In this document: piece after piece, positions 12,601 to 22,604 of the stretch
Layout: every line of letters starts with the position of its first letter
Numbering within the stretch: the stretch's first letter is position 1
Assembly (NCBI GenBank): GCA_965235115.1
Contig: OZ249450.1
Span: 12,834,001-12,898,000, forward strand
Length of the DNA: 64,000 nucleotides
From: Laetmonice hystrix
Taxonomy: Eukaryota
Direction: 5' to 3'
Notes under the pieces: generated by a model
Databases searched by the model: none
Told to the model about the DNA's origin: nothing
Seen by the model: the letters and a program-made list of their open reading frames with translations, nothing else
Translations under genes and position numbers: made by a program

Positions 12601-13669
12601 TCGAGTATACTATATACAAAAATTTTACATATAGAACAAACTATTTTTTTTATGTAGTTTGATGAACAAACTATTCTCTCAAAAAAACCATACCCCCCCC
12701 CCTCCACGTAGCCACCTCGCTAGTTATCGGACCCTGTATTAAAGGGGCATATTATGAGGAAACGTTAAAAATCGGTATTTCATAGAACTTTTGCTGTTTT
12801 CATAAAGAGATCCTTCATTAAAATTGCTTGGTAAACAAAGACAGACTTATCAGTTTCATTTTGCGTGAGAAATCGAAGTTTATTAAGCTCCCTTGCCCGC
12901 TTCTCTGCCGATTTCGTAAAATAATTTTTGGGTGGCATTCTGATGCCGGGCGATCGAGTGCCACTGCTGAATTGTTTACAACTAAGCAAAGCACGTAACT
13001 AAGCACATGCAGAGAGTGCACACACGGGATGTGACACAGTATGCAATTAAACGGGTTGATGGGAGGTTGTCCGCCAAATTATGGCGGGAGATGTGCTATC
13101 GGGAGAAATCTATAGGTTTGGTCGTATAGAACCTACTTGTGCTGCATACGCAGCGAAAACACTTCGGAGGACAAAATGCTGTGGTAGGATTATTTACTTG
13201 GATCCCTAGTACACGGTCATGTTGGATAAGTGCCGGAAATCCTCAAAAACGTGTTTCATAGTGTGCCCCTTTAACAGCAGAATGAACGTTATTCACATGG
13301 TGTCATGATCTGGGCCGGAAAGTGAAAGTGGGTGTGTGTGTGTGGGGGGGGGGGGGCGCACAAACATATCTTTGCACCCACCCACCCTGAAAAGTAGGGG
13401 GCACATGCCGACTGTGCCCCCCTAGGACACCCCTTCTGGACCCGCCCCTGGGGGCCCTTGCCTACGCCAGTGTAGTCTGAGATGATGCCTCTGAATTTCA
13501 CGTTACTATTCTCACCTGAACGAATGCAGTCAGCCAGCGTGCCACCGTACTTGGTCTTCTCGTATTTCACTTTCTCAACTAAAGCCGCCGTCAAATACTT
13601 CTTGACCAAAGAAGAATCCGTCTCTGACGTCACAATTTGTCTCACCAACGTCTCCAGCGTCTCCGACAT
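3640..13669 (-). CDS. Phosphagen (ATP:guanido) kinase, arginine-kinase-like, 361 aa, 6 exons
   Basis: Exons 13669-13516, 8605-8331, 8095-7947, 5955-5790, 4306-4126, 3800-3640. All introns GT-AG, phases consistent, total 1086 nt. Motifs: KTKYGGTLADCIRSGAVNADSAVGVYATD, STRVRIGRNL, TDRFL, WPNGRG, WVNEEDHIR, CPSNVGT, DVRGTQGEHTESE, DVSNKRRLGLTE. Confidence 0.95.
4627..4705. other. Long hairpin with a 44-bp perfect palindrome core
   Basis: CTCGCTTGGTGGCTCTGTGGTC|GACCACAGAGCCACCAAGCGAG (4644-4687) is perfectly self-complementary. Pairing extends imperfectly to AAACTGTTCCCGG / CCGGGAAACAGTTT. Confidence 0.9.
4731..5041. promoter_or_regulatory. Dispersed cassette copy A with four CTCF-like motifs
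   Basis: Shares blocks with 57166-57482 (40-nt block with 1 mismatch; ATGATTAGTTCCA). Motifs: GCAGCGCCTGCTGGCGG 4747-4763 (rev), CTGGCGGCC 4961-4969 (rev, half site), CCGCCAGACGGCAG 4989-5002 (fwd), TCACCAGGCGGCAA 5028-5041 (fwd). The repeat is certain; the CTCF role is inferred. Confidence 0.55.
6915..6987 (+). tRNA. tRNA-Arg (anticodon TCT), intronless, in kinase intron 3 on the opposite strand
   Basis: GTCCCCG TGGCGCAATGGATAGCGC G CCGGA CT TCT AA TCCGG AGGTT GTGGG TTCGAGT CCCAT CGGAGAC G. Cloverleaf, A and B boxes, A20 arginine identity element; one acceptor-stem mismatch (C4:A69). Confidence 0.93.
6993..7004 (+). terminator. Pol III oligo-T terminator of tRNA-Arg
   Basis: TTTT at 6993-6996 and T6 at 6999-7004, directly after the tRNA 3' end. 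Confidence 0.8.
8608..9222. repeat. 21-bp minisatellite (about 28-29 units) abutting the kinase exon-2 acceptor
   Basis: Unit ATAACAATCACCACCACCGTT, variant ...CCGGT. The first 20 units (8606-9025) are nearly perfect; the distal units are degenerate. It explains the GGGDCYN, VITITTT, YNNHHHR and VVVIVIT pseudo-ORFs in the ORF track. Confidence 0.97.
9292..9305 (-). promoter_or_regulatory. CTCF-like motif (full consensus match)
   Basis: Reverse complement reads GGCCACCAGGGGGCGGC, which matches CCRCYAGRKGGCRS at every position. Confidence 0.55.
10065..10155. mobile_element. TTAA-flanked 91-bp foldback mini-element (Kolobok-like termini AG...CT)
   Basis: TTAAAGCGACAGTCTCGTCCTTCAGCATTGTGCG ... 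CGCACAATGCTGAAGGACGAGACTTTCGCTTTAA: 34-bp arms with 1 mismatch, TTAA at both ends. Confidence 0.75.
11320..11333 (-). promoter_or_regulatory. CTCF-like motif
   Basis: Reverse complement CCACCAGGCGGCGC (1 mismatch), in a CpG-rich patch of kinase intron 1. Confidence 0.45.
11744..12037. mobile_element. CAGGGGCG...CGCCCCTG non-autonomous element
   Basis: TIR CAGGGGCGAATC / GATCCGCCCCTG; same family as 2938-3120. Confidence 0.6.
12739..13274. mobile_element. TTAA-flanked non-autonomous DNA transposon (Kolobok-like)
   Basis: TTAAAGGGGCATATTATGAGGAAACG ... CGTGTTTCATAGTGTGCCCCTTTAA: imperfect TIRs, TTAA target duplication. Confidence 0.7.
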
Positions 13670-13782
13670 GATTGTTTTCTTCTCAATGAAAAACCCAAAT
13701 AACGGAACGAAATCCGTCTGTTGTTGGCGGCGGCCGTCAATGAAAACTGCGCGGTAAATCAGCAAGTCTCGTACCGACGTGA

Positions 13783-13796
13783 CAGCCACCTGGCGG
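13783..13796 (-). promoter_or_regulatory. CTCF-like motif upstream of the kinase ATG
   Basis: Reverse complement GGCCGCCAGGTGGCTG (1 mismatch), about 115 bp 5' of the start codon. Confidence 0.45.
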
Positions 13797-14257
13797 CCAA
13801 TGTAAGAACCACCAAGGGCTGCCACTTTTGAGAGTCGGCGGTTTCCGATCACCATATAAAAACGGGCGCACGATTCCACTTATTTCGAAACAAATTTAGC
13901 ATCACTCCCTTATGCTTGAAAAAAAATCTATGGTATTTCGACAGAATATAACAAACCAGATGTAGTATTTCAAACACGTGTGTATGTCACTGATCATGTA
14001 AAATGGGTTGAGGCATATTGGGTTTATGCCTTAACCATCCGGGATAATCCTCATCTGGTCATTTTCACTTGTCCCAATCTGGAACATCCTATGAAAAGTA
14101 CTGGCCTGCAGCAGTGGATTACTGTATAAACACCTTTTTGACAGTCCGTTGGGGCATAATTACCCATAATTTTTCTCCCAAGTTATGCATTTTGTTCTGA
14201 TGAAACTATTATATTAAAATGCTGGACCCAAGCCCTCCTTAAAAACTAAAACTTTTG

Positions 14258-17200
14258 CTATGAATTTTTTGAACCATTGACTGTTGTTTTTTGTTTCTTA
14301 CAATGGCAGGAAAGGGAGTTATCGTCCGTGCTACAATCTACACAGCTGCTGTCCGTTCCTCTGTCATTTCCTTTCCGACCTTTCTCTGATGTCTCCAACA
14401 TGTGGAAATATTTGTCCCGGAAAGTTCCATCTTTATAGTGGTCATGCTCATGCGACGTCACCAAGATATCATCGGACTAAAACGAATGGAAATGCATACA
14501 AAATTATAATAAATGTGGAAGTACACAACAACGTACTGCATTAGAAATATCCAGTTTTACAAATTGTATAACTTGTCTTTTCACAACAACAAGCATAGCA
14601 AATGCTGGTTCTGCTAAAAATGACATGCTTTAATTATTTAATTATTATAAGGGTCTGATAACGAAGATTCACAGCAGTATGCCAACATAAATATAGCATT
14701 TGTCCGTCATGCTTTCGTACTTCATTAAGCATTTGGGTTTGGTTTCTTTACTAATCTGTATAAGTATTTTTGGCCCCTCTTCTCATCAAAGTCGGCTCAC
14801 CCTACTGATGATAGCCTAGATGGAGTCTGACACGACCTGACTGTAGACCAGGGACTTACTGTGCACTCTTTGACCTTCTCCATGGTGATTAGCCGACGCC
14901 CGATCCTGGCTGTCATCGCCTGCTCGCTGTTAGACACCAGCTGCAGACAGGGGTGGATGGGCACGTGGTCCGGCTTGTACCTGTCACATGGCAAAGAATC
15001 GTCACAGAAGGAAAACACAGGTAGACGATTTCCTTCAAAGATGTTAGGATGTTCGAAAGATTTTTTCAGTAAACATTGAAAGGGCTGGACAAGGGTCAGC
15101 TTAACACAGCAATGAACACATTTTTTTTAAATTGTACAAATAAACAGTATTGTATTTATTTCTGCTGCATTTCGCCTTCACAGGGATGTTAAGAATCAGA
15201 AAGTGCAAGACAAACAGGCAGCTTCTTGCTTTTCCAATTTCTTCTCTTTTTTCAGTAAATAAAACTGAAGATTTTTTACACGAAAGTCTATGCATGACCT
15301 CTTCAATGTTCCAAGATTTCAACCACTCACTCCTCTCTGTCCACGGGCAGCCAATAAACCAGACGGCCTCCATGGCGTAAGTACTTAGCCGCAAAGTTGA
15401 GCAGGTCTCGCATCACATCCGATATGTGGTAGGCCACTCGACATGGAATGTGACCCTCCTTCCTGCCAAACGTGAGCCCATATTTACATGACATGAGGCA
15501 GGATACACACACTGTAAACAATAAACTTAGGGAACAGGGAATCCTACTAGTTCAAAGTCTTCGGGGATTTTTTTATAGGGGGGCAGCGGGAATGTAAAAT
15601 TTTTAACAGAAATCTAAATTCGATTATCTTGAGGTAAAGGTCTTGCCTTTACACAGCCTCTACAATCTGAACATGAATAGGAAAACAACAATTCGTCTAT
15701 TCAAATCAAAATTTTTGCCCTGAAATGTTTGACATGATCTTACAGATGGTCAGGGATTTCCATCATTTCTGCCTTTTTTCGACCAACACGTTCTGTAGGT
15801 TCTCTCACACCATATGGAGCTGAAACATGGTCACACAAACTTTTCAATCTCTAAATCAACCAATGTAACATGATAATTATCAGTTACATATAAATTTCTA
15901 TGGCATGCACTTAAGTCTCAAGCCCCTTACTCGGAATTTTAATGAGATACAGCAGGAAATTAGATTTATCAGATAAGATCAAAAATAAGAATGTGGGTAC
16001 ACTGTATGGATCAAAGAAAAACGATAGCTTACGGTCGGTGATAATAGCATCAAATATGTTGAGATGGCGCCACAAGCCATGCTGGGAGGAATCCGCGACC
16101 AAGGCATCAATATACCGATGTTCTAGTCCATACTGACCTAGGCTGGCACAGATATTATCCGTTGCCTGACTTCGCCATTTCTGGTCGTGCCTACTGGCTT
16201 TACCTGGGCATAAAAGGAAATCGATGGATGATACTGCGATGGGAATACATCACCAAGACACATACAATTGCTTCAAGCAAGTCCCAATCTTATAAAATCT
16301 TATAAAAGATTGGTCAATACCTTTAAATAATCATAATGTTCAAGTTTTTATCTTATTCTCCATTTAATGTTATAATAAGTTTTGCTTACCACGTCCCATC
16401 ACAAGTTTGTAATCAATGTCTGTTCCGCAGACATATCCTCCAAAGTGTGCACATGCAACTAAAATACTGCCTGAAAAGAACCAGAAACAACTATATATAC
16501 CGTATATACCCAACAGAATAGATCGCCGCATTTTTTCCCACAGAGACAGACTACAGGATAGTTCGCCCACTCGCCACCAGGGGTCACTAAACACGCGCAC
16601 GGAGTTACTTTTTAAATACATATGAACATATTTGTTAAATTAATTTCATATTCAGGGCTCGAAAAAAATCTACCAACTCTACTTGCCCATCGGGCAAGTA
16701 GTAGCCCAATTTTACTTGCCCGACTTATTTTTCACTTGCCCAAATTCATTTGTAGAACTTTGACTGTCAATATTACGCACCCAAACTGCACCCGAAAAAT
16801 GAGAGCTCATCATGAAAACACTGGAATGCTCAGTGAATATTTTGAAATATCTAACTAAAAGGTGCTTTTATTTGCTTTCTGTGGCTAAAGTATACTGTTG
16901 ATCTCATGATCAATTAAGCCAGCGCCAAATTGACAAGTGCTGCTTGTTGTAAACAACTCGCTCACTCAGTGACAGTGCTCACACGTGGTCCCTAGCCAAT
17001 TGAGGCATAAAAGGTCATTACACACAGCCCCCCTCTGGGCAATTCATGGTATGGCCAGAGATCTTGTTACCTACCGGGCAGGCATATCGGCAAGTTGGAT
17101 TGTATTGCATCTAATTAGGTCCTTGCGTGTAATTTCTACAGATAGTGGAGATTTTATGGATAATAATGGTGTGAACCCCAATTAATCAATGACAATAAGT

Positions 17201-20200
17201 AATTCTGGAAGGAACTGTTACACTCTGGCATCCGCAAAAAACAGCGAGTATTCACCCTAATGTGCCTCTATATCATTAAAGTTGACCCCATTGCCGACTG
17301 ATAAGTCTTGCATGTCTTCTGTATGGGGGTGCTGAAGGGAAATATACTATCCCGTCACAAGGTGGCAGAACCAGCCGGTCTCGGTCGGTTTTGTTAGTTA
17401 CACTCGGTTTCGTGAAAGTCAGAGTCACCCCAAAAGTGGAGGCGTGTGGTCGCCGTAGATCTTAGGCCGAGAACAAGGCCTGGTTGATTTTTTTCTTTGT
17501 CTTTGCTTTACTCGTCCGGTCGGACGACTGGCATTAATATTTACTCGTCCAAAGCAATTTTTTAGTCGTCTCGGACGATCGGACGTGGGTTTTTTCGAGG
17601 ACTGATATTGCTGCAATTTTATCTTGCATAATTATTTTCATACTTTTTTTTTATACTGTATGGTTCATAACACTAAACCCCAGCATCTTACATCCTGCCT
17701 TGACACCTGGCAGAACAAGGGCAGCAAGCCCGCTCACTCAATGAGACACCTAGTGGTTACCGAATGAACTAGACTGGTCACTATGGCCATCTGTGATGGA
17801 TGTGAAAGGGGGGGGGGGGTTTCTGGGGGCAATCAGGCCATGCAAATGGAACATTGATGAGGATATAGCCCTCTAAAGTTTCTTCAAAAAATGTGGATTG
17901 ACATTGGTACTGACCAAATGACAATTTTTACCTCTAGAGGGGATATTATAAAAGTGCTCAGATAATATCACTTACCTGTTCCTACAAAAGGATCAAAGAC
18001 AAAATCGTCGGGTTTTACTTCGGCCATGTTTGCCATTATTAGAGACAGCCCGGCATCCATACTTGTGTTTCCTAAAAATGTAGTCACTTAAATTTACTTT
18101 AAGGCCTGGGAAAGAAAGGTGACAACATTGGACGCTCAAATCGTAATAAGTGATCTACTCTCTCCATAATCCTTTATAAATTGATTCAGACTAGAATTCT
18201 CAATAATAATTGATAAAACAAATATTTTTGACAGACCTTGAACCTAAGAATCTGTCTGATTTTCTGGACATGTTATCAAATCTATACCATGTCAAAAGAT
18301 GAACCTCTGAAATCCTTTGTATACCTCACCTAGATATTTCCTTTTTTGTAGATGGTATTTTTTAATGACACTCCGCTGTCCATCTGCAACCTGAAAAGGG
18401 TCGGCATTGGGGTATGCTTAAACAATGTGCTTCCCAGTATTTAGAATAATATTCCTGGAACAAATCTCTGCTTAACTCCAATTAAAAATCAAAGGGAAGG
18501 GGGCTCATACATAAAAAAAACAACCACTTCTTGGTGGGAGATCATACAGGAACAATTGTTATAACTTCAGGTAGTTTAAATGATGGCTTTCTCTCGGGCA
18601 CAGTATCGAAAGTATACACACCCATCTCCCAAAATAAATACGCTCAGGTTGATCTGGTGAATGGCCAGCTTGACGGCCGTAGTCCTCCAGCAGGTGGAAG
18701 ATTTGTTCTGGAGCTGATGTTGACACATTGCCCCGAAAACCAAATGTCTTCATTTCCATTACATGCTGGATGTACAAAAAGAAAAAATACAATGTCAGTG
18801 GCAGATCCAGTAGGGGGGCTTTGGGGTACATTGCCCGTGATAACTTAAACGCCAGGGAATTTGGTCGAAAATAAAGATACATAGCCCTGACCTTTTCCCT
18901 AACCCTGGCCCTACACGTCCCTAAACATATCGCTATCCTATCCCTGGATCCTCAAATCCTGGATCTACCCCTAAATGCCTATGATCATTACGGCAAGACA
19001 TAGAAAAATATGCTTTTAACTGTGAAACTTGAAACATATTTACAATTATACCTTGTAGATCATTAAAAGCTTTAATTATCATATTATCTCTAACACAGAG
19101 GCTGCCCACTCCAAATCCACATGTTAATTAAACAATGTTAAACACTTACATCAATCTTTTCAAGTTTCTCAGGAAATGACAAATTCTTGTTGAAGGTTTC
19201 CATGCGTATACACATTCTAACATCCTCGTTGACAAATGGTTCCTATTAAAAAAATCAGGTTTGTCACCTCATTAAATTATTCATATAATTAATATTTACC
19301 CAGGACCATTTTACCTATCTCCTATTTCATGCATAAATTAAGATTTTTTTTGTATGGGGGAAATTTTCAAAGCTATATCCCCAAAGTAGATAACAATAGG
19401 TCTGTTACCTTGAGATGTTTTGGTATACATCCTATGTCTTGTTCTAATTCTCCATATGTCTGTCCTTGACCCCAAAGTTCAAACAGTGATCTGAAAGAAT
19501 ACATCATGTCAAACAAGGCCACAATTCACCAGAGGGGCAGTAAAGCCATTTTTAGGACAAGTGTAGTACTTTTTCCAGACTTGAGCACATATTTATCAAA
19601 TTCCTGGGGTGGATTGCACTAACGGTCCTACGGGATAGGACTGAATTTAGGACCAGTCCTACTGAGTGTCATGCCCCCCAAGCACTTCATATCTATCTGA
19701 GTTTCAATAGCCCTTGAGATATAAAAGTTGACGAATTACATTTAAATTATGGATATTGGCCACTGTTGAATGTAGGGCAGTCCTAAATTCAGTCCTAACC
19801 TGTAGGACCGTTAGTGCAACCCGCCCCCGGACTTTTCCCGGCCCGGGAGGCCCTAATATAAAAATTCCGGACTTTTCCCGGTTTTCCGGACCCGTGGGAA
19901 CCAATACCATGCACACTGGCCTTTACTTTGTTATTGGTACAAGCCTACTTTTGAACTTGCCTTCTTTAATGTCTTATCAACTTGGCCTTATTAATTTTTC
20001 ATGGGGAATGGGATTCGTGATTCCACAGAATCATGATATGTAGTTTTTTATATTTCTACGTACTTGCTGAGTATACTTCTGGACAATAATCTCCTGGCGC
20101 ATTCCTCCGAATCCACGTCAATCAGAAGAAAGGGACTCTACAAAAATCACACGCAATAATGTTTGATAAAAGTTTATTGGCAGTATAAACATACATTGGT

Positions 20201-22061
20201 AAATGGATATGGGCATAGAACACATCGTCACCATCCAACCAGCATCTCAATAATTACTGTTGACTTTGTGTTGTTCATTTTATAAGCAGAATATATTCAT
20301 GATAGAAAGAACTTGTGTTTACCATACAGCATCTATTCTCTTTATGTCGGACAATTGGTATAACTATATTGTCTATAATACCCGGTATATGATGAATTTA
20401 CAAACCGTTTACTTACATGTGGACTATAGCTGTTTTCTGGGATGGAAAGTTGTATATCATACATGCGTGCGATGGACTTCAGTTCCTAAAAATAAAAATT
20501 ATTTAAATATTAGTTAGTTAAATTTCTACTTAACTATCCCCCCCCCCCATTCAATCGATTCAAAATTTCAATGCAGCAATGCCGAATGCCAGTCGATATG
20601 GCCCATGGTCGATATGGCCCACTCCCAGTCGATATGGCCCCTGGTCTATATGGTCCACGGTCGATATGTCCCATCCAGTGAGTCTATATGGCCCATCTTT
20701 GATATAACATGAGATTTTGACCAATATCATGCCTATAACTATAAGGGTAAGACCAAAATGTCAACCGTGGTCTGACTCCCCGCCCCATGCACCCCCCCTG
20801 ACTCCCTGGCCCCCTGAGTGACCCATGCATCCCCCCCCGTCCCTGGCCCCCTGACTCCCTGCCCCATGGCCATGCAGGCCACCTGACTCCCCGTCCCTGG
20901 CCCCCTGGGGCCCGTCTTACTAAGAATTTTGTCCCCAGCTGGCGACATCCCCAATCTGGGGACATCCCGGCGACATCCCCCGATGACCGTCTTACTAACA
21001 TGTCGCCGATTGTCGCTTATGCTGATGATAATTCGCCCAGCAGAGAAACTTAAAACATGCTGTTTTAACACCTTCTGTAGTGCGTTTTGCCTTCTTACCT
21101 TTTACAATCTATGTACCTAAAATCATGAGCTCGACTTACGTTGTTTGATTATGATAAACTAACATTCCAAAACACGTTATTTTAGACGTCCGCCATGCCC
21201 GTTGACTGTGTCAGCTAGAATCACTGTCTATTTTGACGTCAGACAATGGTTTGTTTGGACGTCACGTAGCGCTCTCTGTCAAGACAAACGATGTGTTCGT
21301 GGCACTGGGGAGAGCAAGCAAGATCTCTAGTTTACGGTTTGACACATTTTAGCTTTTATTTACTTAGAGATATACCTCTAATTAACGTTTTCTTATCGGG
21401 GATTTGGCGGGGACTACTCAGTAGCAGTCCCCACCAAAATCCCCGATTTGGGGATGTCGCCGGGAGGGACATTCTTAGTAAGACGCCTCAGAGTGGGGAT
21501 GTCCCCAAACTGGGGACAATCCCGGGGATTATCCCCGGGATCTACGTTAGTAAGACGGGCCCCTGACTCCCTGCCCCATGCAGGCCACCTGACTCCCCGT
21601 CCCTGGCCCCATGTTACATGTATCCCTGCCCCATGCAGGCCACTTGACTCTCCGTCCCAGGCCCCCTGACTCCCTATCCCAGGCTCCTCACCACTTACGT
21701 GAGAGTGGGCCATATAGTCTGACTGGCTGGGCCATATCGACCAGAACCGTGGGCCATATCGACTGGTACCCTGGGCCATATCGTCCGGCACCCTGGGCCA
21801 TATCATCTGGGCCATAACGGTCCTGGGCCATATCGACTGGTTACCGCAATGCCAATGCAATGGGCAGGGCACGGGCCTGGATTTATCATGTTTACGAACG
21901 TAATCAACGATTACAAATATGATGATTAAAACCCTAGGTCAAACATATTCCGAATATCCTGGCACCATAAGAAACATACTTACTGGTAATCGGAATTCCA
22001 CATATTCCTGAGCAAGTTGTATGAGATATCGTCTGCAACGTGCCATCGTGGTTGCCGCCAT
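14258..22061 (-). CDS. TRMT11: tRNA (guanine(10)-N2)-methyltransferase homolog, 498 aa, 14 exons
   Basis: Exons 22061-21984, 20485-20417, 20137-20064, 19490-19409, 19242-19150, 18765-18622, 18390-18330, 18071-17976, 16470-16390, 16203-16033, 15819-15744, 15462-15331, 14980-14860, 14476-14258 (1497 nt, phases consistent). Motifs: AQEYVEFRLPE, IYFGRW, GNTSMDAGLS, FDPFVGTGS, GTDID, DAIITDPPYGVRE, GGRLVYWLP, RRLITMEK. Confidence 0.95.
16653..17604. mobile_element. 952-bp non-autonomous hAT-like element in TRMT11 intron 8
   Basis: TIR CAGGGCTCGAAAAAA / TTTTTTCGAGGACTG; subterminal repeats ACTTGCCC (left) and ACTCGTCC/GGACG (right); 5-bp flanking direct repeat ATATT. Confidence 0.7.
19606..19827. 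mobile_element. MITE with about 47-bp TIRs
   Basis: GGGTGGATTGCACTAACGGTCCTACGGGATAGGACTGAATTTAGGAC versus GTCCTAAATTCAGTCCTAACCTGTAGGACCGTTAGTGCAACCCGCCC (about 4 mismatches). Confidence 0.75.
20590..21839. mobile_element. Nested foldback structure in TRMT11 intron 1
   Basis: Outer inverted arrays of GTCGATATGGCCC (20590-20695) versus GGGCCATATCGAC (about 21705-21839). Inner inverted CGTCTTACTAA/CGACATCCCC blocks (about 20912-21000 versus about 21410-21560). Direct CTGACTCCC/GCCCCATGCAGGCC repeats on both sides. Unique core about 21010-21410. Confidence 0.75.
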
Positions 22062-22604
22062 ATTGAAACTGAAAAGTGCGACAAAATATGGAGCAGCCGA
22101 AACGAACCAAAACACACAGAAATTGACATTAAAATATACTAAATCAGACAAGTCTGGTACGCCTTTGTCCATATTATCAATATAATTAACTTTACTTCTT
22201 TTCAATAATCTCATAGTCAGGTTCCTTGCGTCTGCTAAATTAAATTGATTTTGGTATTTCCCTCAACCAGGCTTCCAAGATTCAGGTACAACAACGATAT
22301 TTAAGAAAAACTCAATTACATCCTCATGTGCTTATTAAAAATCCTACCGATCTGTGGGTAAAAATCAGTCATTTAAATAATAATTATGTTTATATTTCTT
22401 TAAAATCTGTTTTAATTAATTAATAAAAAAAATGCTTCAAAAGTAGGGCGGTAACGGGTTGATTATTGATTCACCAGCGAAGTTCCTGAAACATTCTTGT
22501 TTGGCTTGCTTGGAGACGACCCAAGCCCACGCAAACGTTGATCAGCAGTTCAGTTTACGACTCATAGTTTTGCTGACTCACACGCATTTGATCACATCAT
22601 CATA
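22062..22604. promoter_or_regulatory. Head-to-head (bidirectional) promoter of TRMT11 and the C8orf34-like gene
   Basis: The start codons diverge from a 543-bp interval. Confidence 0.7.

Noticed and set aside
13670-13879. N-terminal extension of the kinase suggested by the ORF track
   Set aside because: It begins at a non-ATG codon (GTG). Homology starts at MSETLE (ATG 13669), and the extension does not look like a clear targeting peptide.
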